Source of the DNA: Octopus sinensis
Lineage: Eukaryota
Direction: 5' to 3'
Assembly (NCBI RefSeq): GCF_006345805.1
Contig: NC_042998.1
Span: 141,670,001-141,734,000, forward strand
DNA: 64,000 nt
The first letter of the stretch is position 1, and each line of letters opens with the position of its first letter. The position numbers were made by a program, and so were the translations under genes. Shown piece after piece: positions 23,165 to 37,800 of the stretch. A model generated the notes under the pieces. That model was not told the DNA's origin, did no database searches, and saw only the letters and a program-made list of their open reading frames with translations.

Positions 23165-23311
23165 TGTGAGAGTGTGATTAAGAAGTTTCCTTCCTAACTA
23201 CATGACTTCGGGTTCAGTTCCACTGTGTGGGACCTAGGGCAAGTGTCATCTACTGTAGCTCTGGGTAAGCCAAAGCCATGTGAGTGGATTTAGAAGAAAG
23301 AAACTGAAAGA

Positions 23312-23350
<39 letters not shown>

Positions 23351-23567
23351 CACATGTGTTTGCATTTCTTTGGTCTTGACATGCAGGAGTGTTGTAAATG
23401 AATGTCATTTATTTCCAAATATGCAGAAACATGGTTGGCCATAGAGAAATATTATCTTGCCTGGAAACAGGTGAGGTTTGGTGACAGGAATGGTATCTGG
23501 CTGTAGAAAATCTGCTTTAGCAAACTCTGACTCTTGTCAGTATGGAAAAGCAGATGCTAAAATGATG
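23165..23567 (+). mobile_element. SINE family A (A2 tail)
   Basis: Head, (TG)n and RTE-like tail. Confidence 0.82.
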
Positions 23568-23584
23568 CTCATATATATATATAT

Positions 23585-23619
<35 letters not shown>

Positions 23620-24810
23620 CAAATAAGGAAGAATTTTGTTTTCTATAATCTAAATTGATAATGGTTTGCAAGAGAGGTACTTTTATCCGACAGTTAGTAC
23701 AACATATTCTTGTGAATGTGTAATTACAACCTTTGTAACTGCCTACTCTAACTTCACCAGCAAATTCGTTTGCTTATTCAACTGATCTTTGAATGGCCAA
23801 ATTTACAATTCCTGAAGCATCCAAACGGGTAGGAAAATATATGATCAAATCTTAATGTTGTAAAATCCAATTTGAAGTTCTTTCAGGAATGAGGAAAGGA
23901 ATCTAGTGTATCAAATGTCAGGATTATGGTAAATATGATAATAGAGACCTTAATTAGAGATATGACACCTTGTGAAGCATATTCTTCATGGCCTTTTATT
24001 CTGAAGTTTAATATGGAATCACTTTCATTTTCAAGTGATCCAGGCTCTCCACGCACAAAAGCAGTTCGCTTTGCATCTTTACTATTTCTATGAATATCAT
24101 AGAATATCTTTGCAAGTTCTATGAATATCTTTGTGAAATGCCATGAATGGAATATTTAATATGGAATATTGAATAAAGTTTTCTTGAGTCTTTTTACATT
24201 TAACATGGGCAGATCTGTTTTTAAAATAAATTTTAAGCTATTGCACTCTAATTTGTTAGAAGAGATTTAAAAAAAAATAATTAAAAAATTGGTAAAAGAC
24301 AAAAAACAAAACAGAATTAAATTAGATTAAAAGAAAGACAATATACTGGTCGACTGTCATTTGCAAACAGTACTATCTTTGATCTTTGCACTAGGACATC
24401 ACATCTCACACACACACAAAAGAAAAAAAAAAAAACCAACAATAAAATCTATCAAACAACTGAGCATTTAAAAATTTGGGTCACAGATATATATACGGGG
24501 TCATATAAGAATGATTGATAATTTCAATAAAATAAACTGAATTCAGATAATTGGGAAAAAAGCCAATAATAATGATTTTTCATGTTGGCAAAAAAACAAA
24601 AAAATTATAGCAGACAGAGGAGTATAGCTGATTAAATTTAACCAGTACATAAAAGGTGTATATTTTATATACACTAAAGTAATAAAAGGCAAACTTCAAT
24701 CTAGCAGGATCTGAATATAAAAGGACATAACTAAATACAGTAATCCATTTAATCCAATGCCAGTTCTGCTATACTGCATATATATATGTGTGTGTGTGTT
24801 TGTGTACATA

Positions 24811-25188
24811 CAGGCATAGCTGTGTAAGAAGCTTGCTTCCCAACCACATGGTTCCAGATTCAGTCCCACTGTATGGCACCTTGGGCAAGTGTCTTCTACT
24901 ATAGCCTTGGGCTGATCAAAGCCTTGTGAGTGGATTTGGTAGATGGATTCTGAAAGCTTGTCGTATATATATGTTTATATTTATGTGTGTGTGTACCCCC
25001 ATCACCGCTTGACAACTGGTGTTGGTGTGTTTATGTATCCATAACTTAGCAGTTCAGCAATAGAGACCAATAGAATAAGTACAAGGCTTTAAAAAAAGGT
25101 AAGTGCTGGGCTTGATTTGTTTGACTAAAACCCTTCAAGGCAATGCTTCAGCATGACCACAGTCAAATGAATGAAACAAGTAAAAGAA
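24811..25188 (+). mobile_element. SINE family A (A1 tail)
   Basis: Well-preserved copy. Confidence 0.88.
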
Positions 25189-25848
25189 TATAAACAGATG
25201 CATGGCTGCAGCTGAAACAAGCAAAAGAATATATATATGTATAAATATATAAATTGAAGTCTAAAGAACAAAGAAATCCAATGTAAACTAATGCAAAAAT
25301 TGCCTGGAGAAGTATGCATGTCGAATTAATGGGGCCCCATAGGATCCATGGATATTACAAATAATATTTAATAATATCCTATGGATATGGTGAGGTGGTC
25401 TCATAATAATACCTACCATGTTGAAACATATATGGCAATGCATTGCTAGAAATATAAAATCACCATCTGTGAAGTATTTCACAAATGGAGATTAAATCAA
25501 CTGCATGAACCCCAGTGTTCAAGGGGTAATTATTTTTTATCGAACCCCAAAAGGATGAAAGACAAAGTCAACCACAGTGGAATTTGAACTCAGAGCATGA
25601 AGATGGATGAAATGTCACTAAGCATTTCACCTGGTGTGCTAACAATTCTGCTAGCTTGTCACCTTAGGATGATCACAATAACAAATTATCATTATTATTA
25701 TTTCCGAGTTCAAATTTTGCCATGGTTGACTTTGCCTTTCACCCTTCAGGGTCGATAAAATAAGTACCAGTTGCATATTGGAGTCGATGTAACCGACCAT
25801 CTCCCTTCCCCAAATTTCCCTTGTGTAGAAAGGATTATTATTATTACT

Positions 25849-26066
25849 GAGGTGGTGAGCTGGCAGAATCGTTAACATGCCAGGCAAAATGCTTATCAGC
25901 ATTTTCATCCATCTTTACATTCTGAGTTCAAATTGCATAGTTGACTTACCCTTCATCCTTTTGGGGTTGATAAATTAAGTACCAGTAATGTACTGGGGTT
26001 GATGTAATCAACTTAAGCCCTACCCACAATTTTCAGGCCTTGTACCTTTAATAGAAAAGATTATTA
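25849..26066 (+). mobile_element. SINE family B, inserted after (TTA)n; neighbouring fragments at about 25500-25830
   Basis: gaggtggtgagctggcagaatcgttaac...gagttcaaatt...cctttcatccttttggggttgataaattaagtacc. Confidence 0.85.
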
Positions 26067-29029
26067 TGATTATAGTTCTATAGAAAGGATACCAACTTCT
26101 CATCTTGGTATCATTTGTATATCATCCCACTCAACACATGTTATTCATATGTATCCAAAAACAGAAAGTTTCAAGCCACAACCGCTAAGTCTCTTTAATC
26201 AGTATTGTAGTATTAGAAATACTACAATCACCACCACTTATCAACGAATGAGTATATTTTACCACATCCTACCAATATATGAACAACACAAAGCTGAAAT
26301 TCCCAAAGTTCTCTACCACAGTGGCTCCTCGTAATCTCTAATGGTATCTCATAGCAATCAATACAGACATCTGTATACTGAAAGTAGTCTATATTCACAA
26401 ATGTGTGTAGGCAGCATTTTTGTTCTCCTTCCAATTTATCGTGCAAAACATTGCTAGGTTAAGTTGTCCTTATTGATAAATTTCTAGATCTTTCTGACAT
26501 TGATTTCTAGTTTTTTTTTTCCTATCCATTTTTCTGAGCTGGTCTGGGATAGGTTTTGATAGAGGAATTGTTTTTTTTTTTGTTTTTTTTTTTACAGTTG
26601 AACACCCTTATTGCCACTGTCCATTTGAGTGTGAAGCAGGAATTAAACTTGTTCTCAATCAAACAAATTAAAACAGACAGTGCCTTGCATGTGGATTGAT
26701 CACAGTTGATTTGAACCCAGAATCATGTGATCAATAGTCATGCAACTTATCCAGATAACCATCACTAATCAATGAAAAATAATATTTTACCAAAACTTTA
26801 CATTCTAGAATCGCATTCACATTCAGTATATATGGTCAAACCCTTCGACATCCAACACCTTAAATAGAATATAACTACTACATTTTCACAGATTTCCTTC
26901 TTTATACTAAAGACCTCTACTATATATTCTTTTTCTCTTTCTTTTTTTCTTTCTCTCTCCCAACATGTTACTTTATTGAAACAAATTTATATATCAACTT
27001 GGCTATTTTTAAAGCTTCTTAGGACCATCTGAATATCAACTGATAAACTCTTGCTTTAGTTTACTCAAGAGGAAATTGGATAAGTGTTATGTCTTTGAGG
27101 GAAAATTTATTTTTTACTTCTCTTTAGTCAATGGAATAAGGACAACGCCCTGACCTTTGCAGGGCACCTTAGGCTGATGACATCTAAGTAGCTGATGTTT
27201 AGAAGAGGAAACACTTTGGCTCAGTGGTTAAGGTTCTGGGCTCACGATAATAAGGTTGCAAGTTTGGTTTCTGGATTGAGCAGCACATTATGTTTTTGAG
27301 GAAGTTATTTCATTTCATGTTGTTCCAGCTTACACAACTGAAAGTGAGTGAGTACTAGCTTAATGGCTAGTATAGTCCTCTCTCTCTTTCTCTATTTAGC
27401 TGTTATATCTTTGATGTTCTGCTGTGTGTGTGTGTTGAAATATTTTGTCTCTGTTGCAATTAATCTTGAAAGTAATGACAAATTTAGTAAAATAACTTTG
27501 TCACTATTAAGCTGGTGTTTGGAACATAAATTGATATGAAATTTTGATGGAAAGGTTTAATTTAGATCACAATACAACATCTTCATAACACTACCATTAA
27601 GGCCATAACTGTATGATATCCAGTTAAAGTCCTGACTGCATCACACCAAAGTTCAGATTATAAACATGTATCCTAGAACAGTGAAGACTATGATTCCATA
27701 CCACAGATAAGATCACAAACTCAGTAGATATGGCTACAAATTTATAGCATGATTGCAGATATGGTCTTGACTCCCAAAAGAGATTACAGATAAAAGCCAG
27801 TTCTATAATTACAAATGTGGCCACACTATATATCTAACCCTGCCACATATAAAGCCAGCATTCTCCCTCTCTCTCTCTCGATATATATATATATACACAC
27901 ACACACAACACATAGTATCAAACCATCATTGCAGCCTCTATTATAATTATGTACTCTTACTACTACTACTAACTACTACTACTACTGTGCATACCACTAA
28001 ACTGACTAATACAGATATGTGGTAATCATAGACACAAGCCATGGATAGAATGCCATGTCCAAATCATTATTATTATCATCATTCTACTGCATTTTTAGCT
28101 ATGACCACCATACATTCACTGTAAGATTTTCCTCCTTGACCAGTGGGCAGCAAAGCCAATTCCTGGTTGGAACTACTGCTTTTGTAGGAGATACACACAC
28201 ACACACATACAGTGGATATTTCTTGTGTGTACAAATATACATATAAAAATCAATACTGGGAAATGCATGCTAGGATCTCAGCTATTGAAACAGATCTCAG
28301 GCAAGATTGTGAAATCAGGAGATTTCAAGGGGGACATGAGCTGGGTGATATAGAGAAATGCACAGATCTACAGATGTACACATGCTGCATACTTCTTCAC
28401 ATGCTGAACAAATGTTGTTAGTGTATATAGGAAAGGAGAGAAGGAGGAAAAGGGGAAAAAAAATCAATAACACTAATACAGGACTTTCAATAAAAGACAG
28501 CCACATATAGAGAACTGCTTACTGTTTAGCCAAAGGAGGAGGAGAGTTGTGATGATGGCAGTGGTTGTAATGGGCATAAAAATGATAATAATAAAAATGG
28601 TAAAGAGGACAGTGAAGATGACGATGATGATGAAAGACAATGGCGATAATAATTGTGGTGGCAGCAAGGGCCATAACTGTCATCGTGTTCATCACCATCC
28701 TCACTATCATCATCACAATCATTACTGTCATCATCATCAACATCCTTGCAGTCTTAACTAACAACACACTCTTGCTTGTTATTTTCCACAGATTGATGGA
28801 TTGGTCATTTGAGTGTCAAACAAAATGCTTAGCGGTATTTATTCTGACTCTTAACATTTGGGGTTCAAATCTCATTGCGGTTATCTCTGCTTTTCCAACT
28901 TCCAGAGTTGATGAAAAAAACATATCAGTCAAGCACTGGGATCAATAGTATTGACTAATTTCTCCCTCCAAATTGTTGGCCCGAATGCCTAAATTAGAAA
29001 CTATCATTATTATAATTATTATTATTCTT

Positions 29030-29250
29030 TCATTTGCACAGTGATGATCTCATCAACACAGGATTGTTTAATTGACTCTCTATCAAGTTATGCAATCTTA
29101 GACAATACTTTCCGCAAGATATCTGCTGTTCCCAAAAGTGTTGTCTTTCGCAATGTCATAAGGCCAGGACAGATTCCAGTTGTGTCAAGGTGTTTCTGAA
29201 GGTTTCTCATCACCAACCCAAGTATTCCAGTTACAACTGGTACTGATTTT
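29030..29250 (-). mobile_element. R4/Dong-like (RLE-type) non-LTR retrotransposon 3' fragment
   Basis: VPVVTGILGLVMRNLQKHLDTTGICPGLMTLRKTTLLGTADILRKVLSKIA*, with the 3' end abutting (TAA)n. Confidence 0.75.
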
Positions 29251-30140
29251 GCTTTTATATTCTACATTCTATTGGCATCTGTTCTCAAGTCTGAATACTG
29301 TACAATTTTCTCTTTATCATTATTGTTGCTTGGTATTATTATTATTCTTATTCTTATTATTATTAATCATTAGCATGTCGGACAAAATGCTTAGTGGCAT
29401 TTCGTCTGCATTTACGCTGAGATCAACTTTCATCTTTTTGGAGTCGATAAAATAAGTACTAGTTGAGCACGGGGAGGTGGGGAGGCGATGCAATCAACTA
29501 GTCCCTCTCTGAAATTGCTGGACCTGTGCCAAAATTTGAAACTACCACCATCACCATCAGCATCATACAACTAATTTGTAAGAAGCCAAATTAAATGGTT
29601 TATAGTATCTGTAGTTGGGTCTCTTTGAGGTCAGAGGTGAGATCGTGATTGGATTGCTACTGACTTTCATATTACTAAGTTGATAATATTAATATCATTC
29701 TTGCATAGTAGATATAATTCAATTTATAACACAACTTCCACAACCATTTCTGTGTGGCTTTGGTTTATACATTGCATGTGTAAGCATATGCATGTGTGTG
29801 TGCACTCACACTTTCTTTAAGATTTATTCAAGTTCTTCATAGAGTTCAAGATGGACGTAGGTGTACATACCCAAACTTAGTGTGAACATGTCTCTTCTGC
29901 ATTTAGGTGTGTGTGTGTGTGTATGTGTGTGTGTGTCCATGATTAGTTTTTACATATGCGTTTACAAACCTGCACACAATCAAGTGTGTGCATCTATTCG
30001 TTTAAAGAATCTCAGATGAAGAATCTTTGGAATGTCATACAAATTTTCATTGTGCCACTAACAGAATGGATTTAGAAGATTTGTGCCAGTTTCTTTTACT
30101 CTTTCTTGGAAAATCCCAGCAGTTATAGGTATTTGTGCAA

Positions 30141-30183
<43 letters not shown>

Positions 30184-30920
30184 ATATATATATATGGTGC
30201 CATGTAAATGACACCCATGAATTGTAGTTGTGACCGTTCTTAGTGTCATGTAAAAGCACCCACTACACTCCTGGAGTGATTGGCATTAGAGAGGGCATTC
30301 AGCTGTAGAAACCATGCCAAGTCAGACCAGAACCTGGTACAGCTCTCCAGCTCAACAGCTCCAGTCAAACTGTCTAATCCATGTCAGCATGAAGAGTGGA
30401 CGTTAAATAATGATGACGATGATGATATATATGAATGTACGTAATGAAATCTTATGTATAAATATATATCAATAAAAGACTTTTCCATCTATTTTCCCTA
30501 AGTGTAAACATAATACACTTTATTTTATTTACCTTGTCTTTGTGTTATTAATAATTTTTCCATCATATCATGTATTATAATAAACTGGTTTGTTTCAGGA
30601 ATGATTATGACAGTATAAGGAAGAAGAAAGACTTTTGAAAAGTGTAAAACAGACAGCTGAAATCTGACACACTGGCAAAACGACTCATTAAAATTCATAA
30701 TTCAACAAGCCATCTCATAAATGTTTCTTACTCCTAGTTTAGTCAAACACTTATTATTAATTTAACAAATATATAGCAGAATGGTTACAGCAAAAACTCT
30801 ACAGCACTAAACCAGATAACTGAATTTAAACTGAAGTCTCAGGCTTCAAATTTCAAATTCTGCAAATACTGGGTTTTAATTTTCTTCTTGTAGTTATAAA
30901 CAAAAATATGAATTCTTAAG

Positions 30921-31330
30921 ACATCATCATCATCATGTTTTAACATCCACATTTCCATGCATGCATGGGTCAGATGGAATTATTGCAATATGACTTGATG
31001 CCATTCCTTTTGTAAACCTTCACCTGCAGCCAAGTAAGGTAATAATTTCCCCAATGCTCAGACATGTTTCCACAGAATACTGGAAATGAATGACACTGCT
31101 TGTATGACAGTGACACTCATTTACAACTGTCATGCAACGTCAAGACAAGGACTCACACACACATGCAGTGGATTTCTCCCAGTTTCCAACTACCAAATCA
31201 GCTCACAAAGCTTTGATCAACCTGGGGATATAGCAGAAGATACTTGCCCAAGGTGCCATGCATTGGGGTTGAACCCAGAACCATGTGGTTGGGAAGCAAA
31301 CTTCTTACCATACAGCCATGCCTGTGCCTA
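30921..31330 (-). mobile_element. SINE family A (A2 tail), full length
   Basis: (CAT)n tail, RTE-like segment and reverse-complement head. Confidence 0.85.
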
Positions 31331-31614
31331 TGTATTAGGCTTCTGTGATAAAATTCTGCAAATGCTGAATTTTAATTTCTCCTGCAGGAGTAAATGAAAT
31401 ACAAATCAATAAGCACTAAAACTAAATTGATTCCCAGCAAAAGAAGCTTAGATTGAGGCATAGATACAGAATCTATATGCAATAAATGTAGTAAAAATAA
31501 AACTATGAACTATTAAAATCAAATTATATTTATTGAGGATTAAACGAGAATTGAATGGCAAATGTGCATTTAAAGAATGCATTAGTACAGATAGAGAAAT
31601 ATATAGATATGTGA

Positions 31615-31950
31615 GAAGTAGCTGTGTGATTTAGTAGCTTACTTTGTAACCACATGGTTTTGGGTTCAGTCCCATTGTGCAGCAACTTGGCCTAGTGTCT
31701 CCTACCGTAGCCTTAGGCTGACCAATGCCTTGTGAGTGACTGAGGAAACCTGTTGTGTGTGTATGTGCTAATGTGTGTGTTTTTGTTTCCTCCACACTGT
31801 TTATGTTTATGTGACTTAGCAGTTTCATGAAAGAAATTGATAGAATAAGTATCAAACTTAGGAAATAAGCACTGAGGATGACTTGTTTGACTAAACCTTT
31901 CAAATTAGTGCCCCAGTAAGGCCAGAGTCCAATAACTGAAACAAATAAAA
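31615..31950 (+). mobile_element. SINE family A (A1 tail)
   Basis: Head and tail motifs as at 1433. Confidence 0.82.
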
Positions 31951-31958
31951 TGCTACAA

Positions 31959-31995
<37 letters not shown>

Positions 31996-33924
31996 ATAAT
32001 AAAGAAAATGTGAGTATCTAACTGATCTTTCATTTACTCTTTATATCTACAGTAATACCTGTGTGCTTAAGAAGCTCACTTTGCAATCACATGGTCTTGG
32101 GTTCAGTCCTGCTGCATGTTACCTTGGGCAAGTGCCTTCTGCTATAGCTCCTGGTCAACTAAGGGCTTTGTGAGGAGTAGATTTGGTAGACAAAAACTGT
32201 GCGGAAACCCATTATACATATGTATGTATATGTAAGTAATTATTTAAGTATTTGGTATGCTCCTAGTAGTTAGTTGATGAAGCACATTCATTGCCTATGG
32301 CTATCTGATGTCATCCATGGAATTTACACAATTGTTGTTGGATCTACCTCAGGAATTCCTTAGTGTTTGTTGAGTGTATAACAGTGTATGATAGACAGAA
32401 AATGGAATATACGAGAAACTTTATTGCTCACAATGATTGTTTAGACCAGTGATTCCTGTGGGACATTAGATCCAAAATTTCTTTTTTTTTCCTTAAGTGG
32501 GACATGGAATTGTGAAAAGCTTTTTTCTCACATGTTAGTATAATCAAGTAACTAGAATGGATCACTCTAAGTTTCTATACAAACTACTGGCTTGTCTTTG
32601 GCCACAGAAATGGAAATTACATAAAAAGAGCTGGAAAAATCATCCAAAAATGATCTGGAGAAACAAAAGTAATTAAAGTGTTAACAACGCTAAACATGTG
32701 TTAGGATTAGTGAGAAAGGTTTAGTTGCAGTGTTCCTACTTCTTTTAGCATATTATAAACAGGAAATCCAAACATTAAAATCTTGGCTCAAGGCAAAATT
32801 AATTCTAGCACTATGCTATTTATTGCCACCTAAGTTTCTAATATTAATTGCAAACATGTGGTAAGTATTGTAGTGCAAGAGGTAATACAAATTGGCTATC
32901 TGGTTACAAATTCTGCTTCAAGCCAATATACTATTTCATGTATTTTACCAATACCTTAGAGGAAGGCATGAATGTAACACAGACTCAACTCTTCTCTTTG
33001 TAATATAAATCATATAACACTATTGGGCATCACAGACTTGATTCCTAGGATGCACAGGATTGGTAACCCAGTTTCCATGGCATGTTAAGTAAGTGAGATC
33101 ACATTTTTCCTGAATGGGATACCAGACCATTGTCGGATTACTTATTTAGAGCTGAGGTGACTAGAGCAACGTGAAATGAAGTGCACCACATGGTCTAGGA
33201 ACCAGAACCGCATTCTTGCAATCATGAATGCAATACCCAAACCACCAGGCCACAATACCTTCATAAATACTGATAAGACTGTTATTGTCACCATCCTAAC
33301 AAATATAAGAAATTATTGACAGAATTTATGGCAGCAGCAGCTTTTCAAAGCACATGAGGAAACAAACAAAAATGTATTGAAAATACAGACATTATTGAAG
33401 AGACAGCCTCTAAATGATTTTATTATAACTAGCTCAATGTTTCATTGTTCTGAGATCAAATCATGCCAAAGTGCCAGCCTTGTGTACAGAAACCAATCCA
33501 ATCAATTTAAATTTCATGGCTTTGAGCCAAAGATTAGTGACTTTGTGCCAAAGTGAGAAATTATTACTATTATTATTATTATTATTTATTATATTAGCAG
33601 GAATTGCTAATATGACTGCTTTTACATGTTGATACTCAGTCAAACATTGAAAACTGAGTGATACTTGTTCTCTTTTCCTATACTACAGGTGCAGACATAT
33701 GTGGTTAAGAAGCTCACTTTGCAACCATGAGGTTTTGAGTTCAGTCCCACTGTGCAGCATCTTGGGCCTTCTACTATAACCATAGGTCAACCAATGCCTT
33801 GTGAATGAATTTGGTAAACAGAAACTGTGTGAAATCCTGCCATATATGTGTGTGTGTCTTTCTGTATGCATTTGCCACCCTTCCATCACTTGACAACTGG
33901 TGTTGATTTGTTTACAGACTGCTA

Positions 33925-34190
33925 GGGTAAGTGATCACATGACCAACCAGGGTGTCAGTTGTTACACATCACTGGTCACAATGTGCATTTGCATTGTTTT
34001 GGCCCTCAATTGATCCCACCCCGCTGGCTAGACGAGCAGGCTAACATGCCCCACTGATTGAAAGGGAGGACTGGAGCAACGTGAAATGAAGTGTTTTGCT
34101 CAAGAGCACAATGCACCACCCAATCAGGGAATAAAACCCATGATCTAGCGATTGTGAGTGCAACAGCCTAACCACTAGGCTACACCGCAT
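33925..34190 (-). mobile_element. SINE family D with central domain (gttacacatcactggtcacaatg...cccgctggcta)
   Basis: The central domain is also present, less diverged, at about 41940-42060. Confidence 0.75.
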
Positions 34191-34599
34191 TTACACTAGA
34201 ATAAGTACCAAATTCAAAAGGAACAAAAAAAAAAAAAACACCGTAAGTACTGGGATCAATTTGTTTGGCTAAAACCTTTTGAGGCAGTGACTAAGCATTG
34301 CAACACTCTGATGACTGAAACAACAAAGAATAAAGCTGAAATATAATGTAGAATACAAATTACAGATGTTGAATTAATAACTTCCAGAGACAGTAGTTGA
34401 GTTAAAAGGGGAATTAATAGACTCTGTAAAGTGGTGGTTGATAATAGGAAGGGCATCCAGCTGTAAAGAACAAAATCAATAAGAAAACATACAAGATGCA
34501 GTCCTTTGACTTATCTAGGAGCAGGGTAATGCTAAACAAGGACTGACTCAAAAATGACCACTTGGCCAATCTATGGAAACATGAAAAGCAGATGTAAAA

Positions 34600-34830
34600 T
34601 AATGATGATGATGATGATGAAGATAGCGATGACGGTGATGATGAAGATAGTGATGATGGTGACAATAATGACGATAGTGATGGGATGATGATGAAGGTAG
34701 TAATGATGACAATGGTGATAATAGCGATTATGATGATGGTGATGATGACAGTGGTGGTGATAATGATGGATATGATGGTGAAGATAGTGATGATGGTGAA
34801 AAAAATAGCAATGATGATGGTGATCTTTAA
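34600..34830. repeat. Degenerate (GAT)n tract
   Basis: Visible. Source of the His- and Met-rich ORFs. Confidence 0.85.
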
Positions 34831-37800
34831 TATGATTTCTCTCTTTTTTGCATATCATTCAATATGTTACAGTTGTGATTTTACTAGTTACAGTAACTCT
34901 ATCCTCTGCTTAGCAACTGCACTTCTAGAATTAGAAAAATGCATATTTAATCCCAGTGTTACAAATAACACAGAAGCAAAACTCATGACTTGCAACGTTG
35001 AAATAGCAGAGGTAAAAGAAAAATAAGATCAGCTCTCAAGGTGATTTAAACTTAAGTATAACTAGGTTCTTTGCCTGAGAAAAAGCGAAAAGTGCTTTGA
35101 AGAATTATGAAGACGAAGCTCTTAAATAAAGGTCAAATGCATGATATTTGAATGCTATTGCCTTCATCATCAAAAAAAAAGTTTAAAAAATCCAAAAAAA
35201 TCATATCTTTAAATCAAACTGTGTGTGGCCTTAGAGTTTATATTAGATTTAATTTCTTTTTACAGTTTTATTAAGGTTGAAACTATGAAAAAGAATTATA
35301 ATGAAAATACTGGTTGTTACTAGTCATGTTATTAACTCTTTCCAGTATTGATCAGTCTCTATATATATCATATATTATTATCATCATTTAATATATATAT
35401 TCCATGCTGGTATATATTTTTTAACCTTTTATTACTAGGCACAGGTGTGATTGCATGATTAAGAAGCTTGCTTCCCAACCAAGTGGTATTGGGTTCAATC
35501 CCATAGTATGGCACTTTGGGTGTGTTTCTGCTACTAGAGCACTTGTGAGAGGATTTGGTAGAAGGAAACTAAAGCCTGTTGTGTGTATGCATGTGTGTTT
35601 AAGTGTGTAGACATCACATAATAATTGTAAATAGGTATCATCATCATCATACAAGGATATTAGTTTCCAGACTTCCATGAAAAATGTGTCTAACCATAGG
35701 GAAATATTACCTTGACTGGAAACAAGAGAGGGCATCTGGCTGTAGAAAATCTGCCTTGAAAAATACCATCTGATCCATGCAGACATAGAAATAATGTTAA
35801 ATGATGATGATGATGATATTATAATTATGATAATTAACTAATTATATAATTTGCCATTAGTGAATATGTTAATCAACCAATTGCTTGGAGGTCAATTTGT
35901 TAATTAGTGTTCAATTGTTGGTCAGTAAATTGAAGTTCAATGAATTTTCCTGCACGGGCATATGCAAATTAACTTGCCCTATTGAACACATTGGGTGTTT
36001 TCAGGGGTGTGGTGGGGAGGGAGGAGAGTGAAAGGTTGCTTTATCTCGAATGCAAGAAGAAGCATCTAGCAAAATCTTTTATTTTTATTTTCTTCCTATT
36101 TATTTCAGACATTGGACTGCAGCCATGCTGGAGCACCATTTTGAAGAGTTTAGTCAAACAAATCAATGCTAGTACTATTTTTTAAAGCCTGGTCTCTTTA
36201 TTGGTCTCTTTTGCTGAACTGCTAAGTTATAGAGATGTAAACAAACTAACATTAGTTGTAAAGTAGTGGTGCAACAAACACAAATACACACATACACATA
36301 CATGATGGGATTCCACACAGTTTATCATCACTATCATCATTTAACATCTACCTTCCATGCTGGTATAGGTTGGACAGTTTGACTGAAGCTGATAAGGCAT
36401 GGTTTCTAAGGGTGGATGCCTTTCCAAATGCCAACCACTCCACAAAGTGTACTGGATGCTTTTAATATGGCACCAATACCAGTGCTTATCATGTGGCACC
36501 AGCAGGAGTGCTATAGCAAATTTACTCACAATGTATGGTTAGCCTGAGTCTATAGTAGGAGACACTTGCCCAATATTCAACACAGTGGGACTGAATATGA
36601 AACTACATGGTTGCAAAGCAAGCCTCTTAACCACACAGTCTGCATATTAATATTTTCTTCCTTATTATCTATCCTGGTGAAAGTACATCCTAAACATAGT
36701 TAGATCCACATCCCAAAGACTGATCCTTCTCTTCAGGACCAGGTAATTTTCAGCCCCTAACAGTTGTAGACATTCTACAAAGCTTGAGTGAGGCTCACAA
36801 TACAGTACTCCTCACACATCTAGGAAAGTATTGCTGTTTTCACAGACATTTTGAGTTACACCCTGAGAAGAGCCATTTGATTGATTGGCATTCAATTACT
36901 AACAGACATGCTCTGACATTTGATTCTTAGGCATGATGTTTCATCTCTATTTTTTTACCACTACAATGATAGCTTCTGTTCTCGAAGCTGCTGACTTGTC
37001 TCTTATCTCCTCCATTTAGGCAGCCTTGAAACACTTTTCATCACTTCTGTCGCATCCAACTCTCAGCCCCTCACTAAACAAAAAAAAAAAAAAAGGTGCT
37101 CTGCAGTTTCTTCCCTATCCATGTTTCTTGCATGTGTTGATCTTTCACAATTTAAGCAGAACATTAGCACTGGTCAAACTATATATTATGCATCATCACT
37201 TAACATCTACTTTTCTATACTTGAATGAAACAGAAGAAATTTGCTGAGGCAGATTTTTACAGTTGGATGTCCTTCCTGTCATCAACCCTCACCAGTAAGG
37301 TGATATTCCAAACAAGGTAATATTCTTCCTAGTCTGTCAAACAACAAACAGCTCAACAGCTAGATGTCACAAAAGATTGTAAACAAAGCACAGTTTTTGT
37401 ATGAATGGTGACATAGTCAGCATTAACTCATTAGTGACCAAATTTTTTTCTTTGATTTATTACCAAAAATCTTTTTTTTTATACAACTTTATATAAAAAC
37501 ATTTTTATTACAATATTTGAAAGACACTTCCATCTTGATGACTAACTAAAGATATCTCAGAAATTTACAGGTGTTGCAGAAATATGATGGATTATCCTTC
37601 TGGTCTTAAAAAAAAGCACCATGGGTGCTAATGGATTAAGACAGAAAGCAGGAACACACACTCATATGTGATAGGGTTTTACAGCTTCCACCCATCAAGT
37701 CACTCACACAGAATTTATAACAAATCTGAAGCACCGTGGTTCTGAAAATGAACTTCTTAACCCCATATATATATCTTCTCTGCTTTACTTATTTCAGTTA

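Noticed and set aside
25337-25384. Short palindrome ccataggat...atcctatgg
   Set aside because: Arms of 9 bp in AT-rich sequence are expected by chance or trivial slippage.
26162-26203. Minus-strand ctgattaaagag...cttgaaactttc, hammerhead-like
   Set aside because: The core box is broken, there is no NUH triplet in a paired stem III and no stem I. At most a decayed relic.
27175-27215. CTGATGA-CATC...GATG hairpin
   Set aside because: GAAA does not follow stem II, and the sequence runs into a SINE head.
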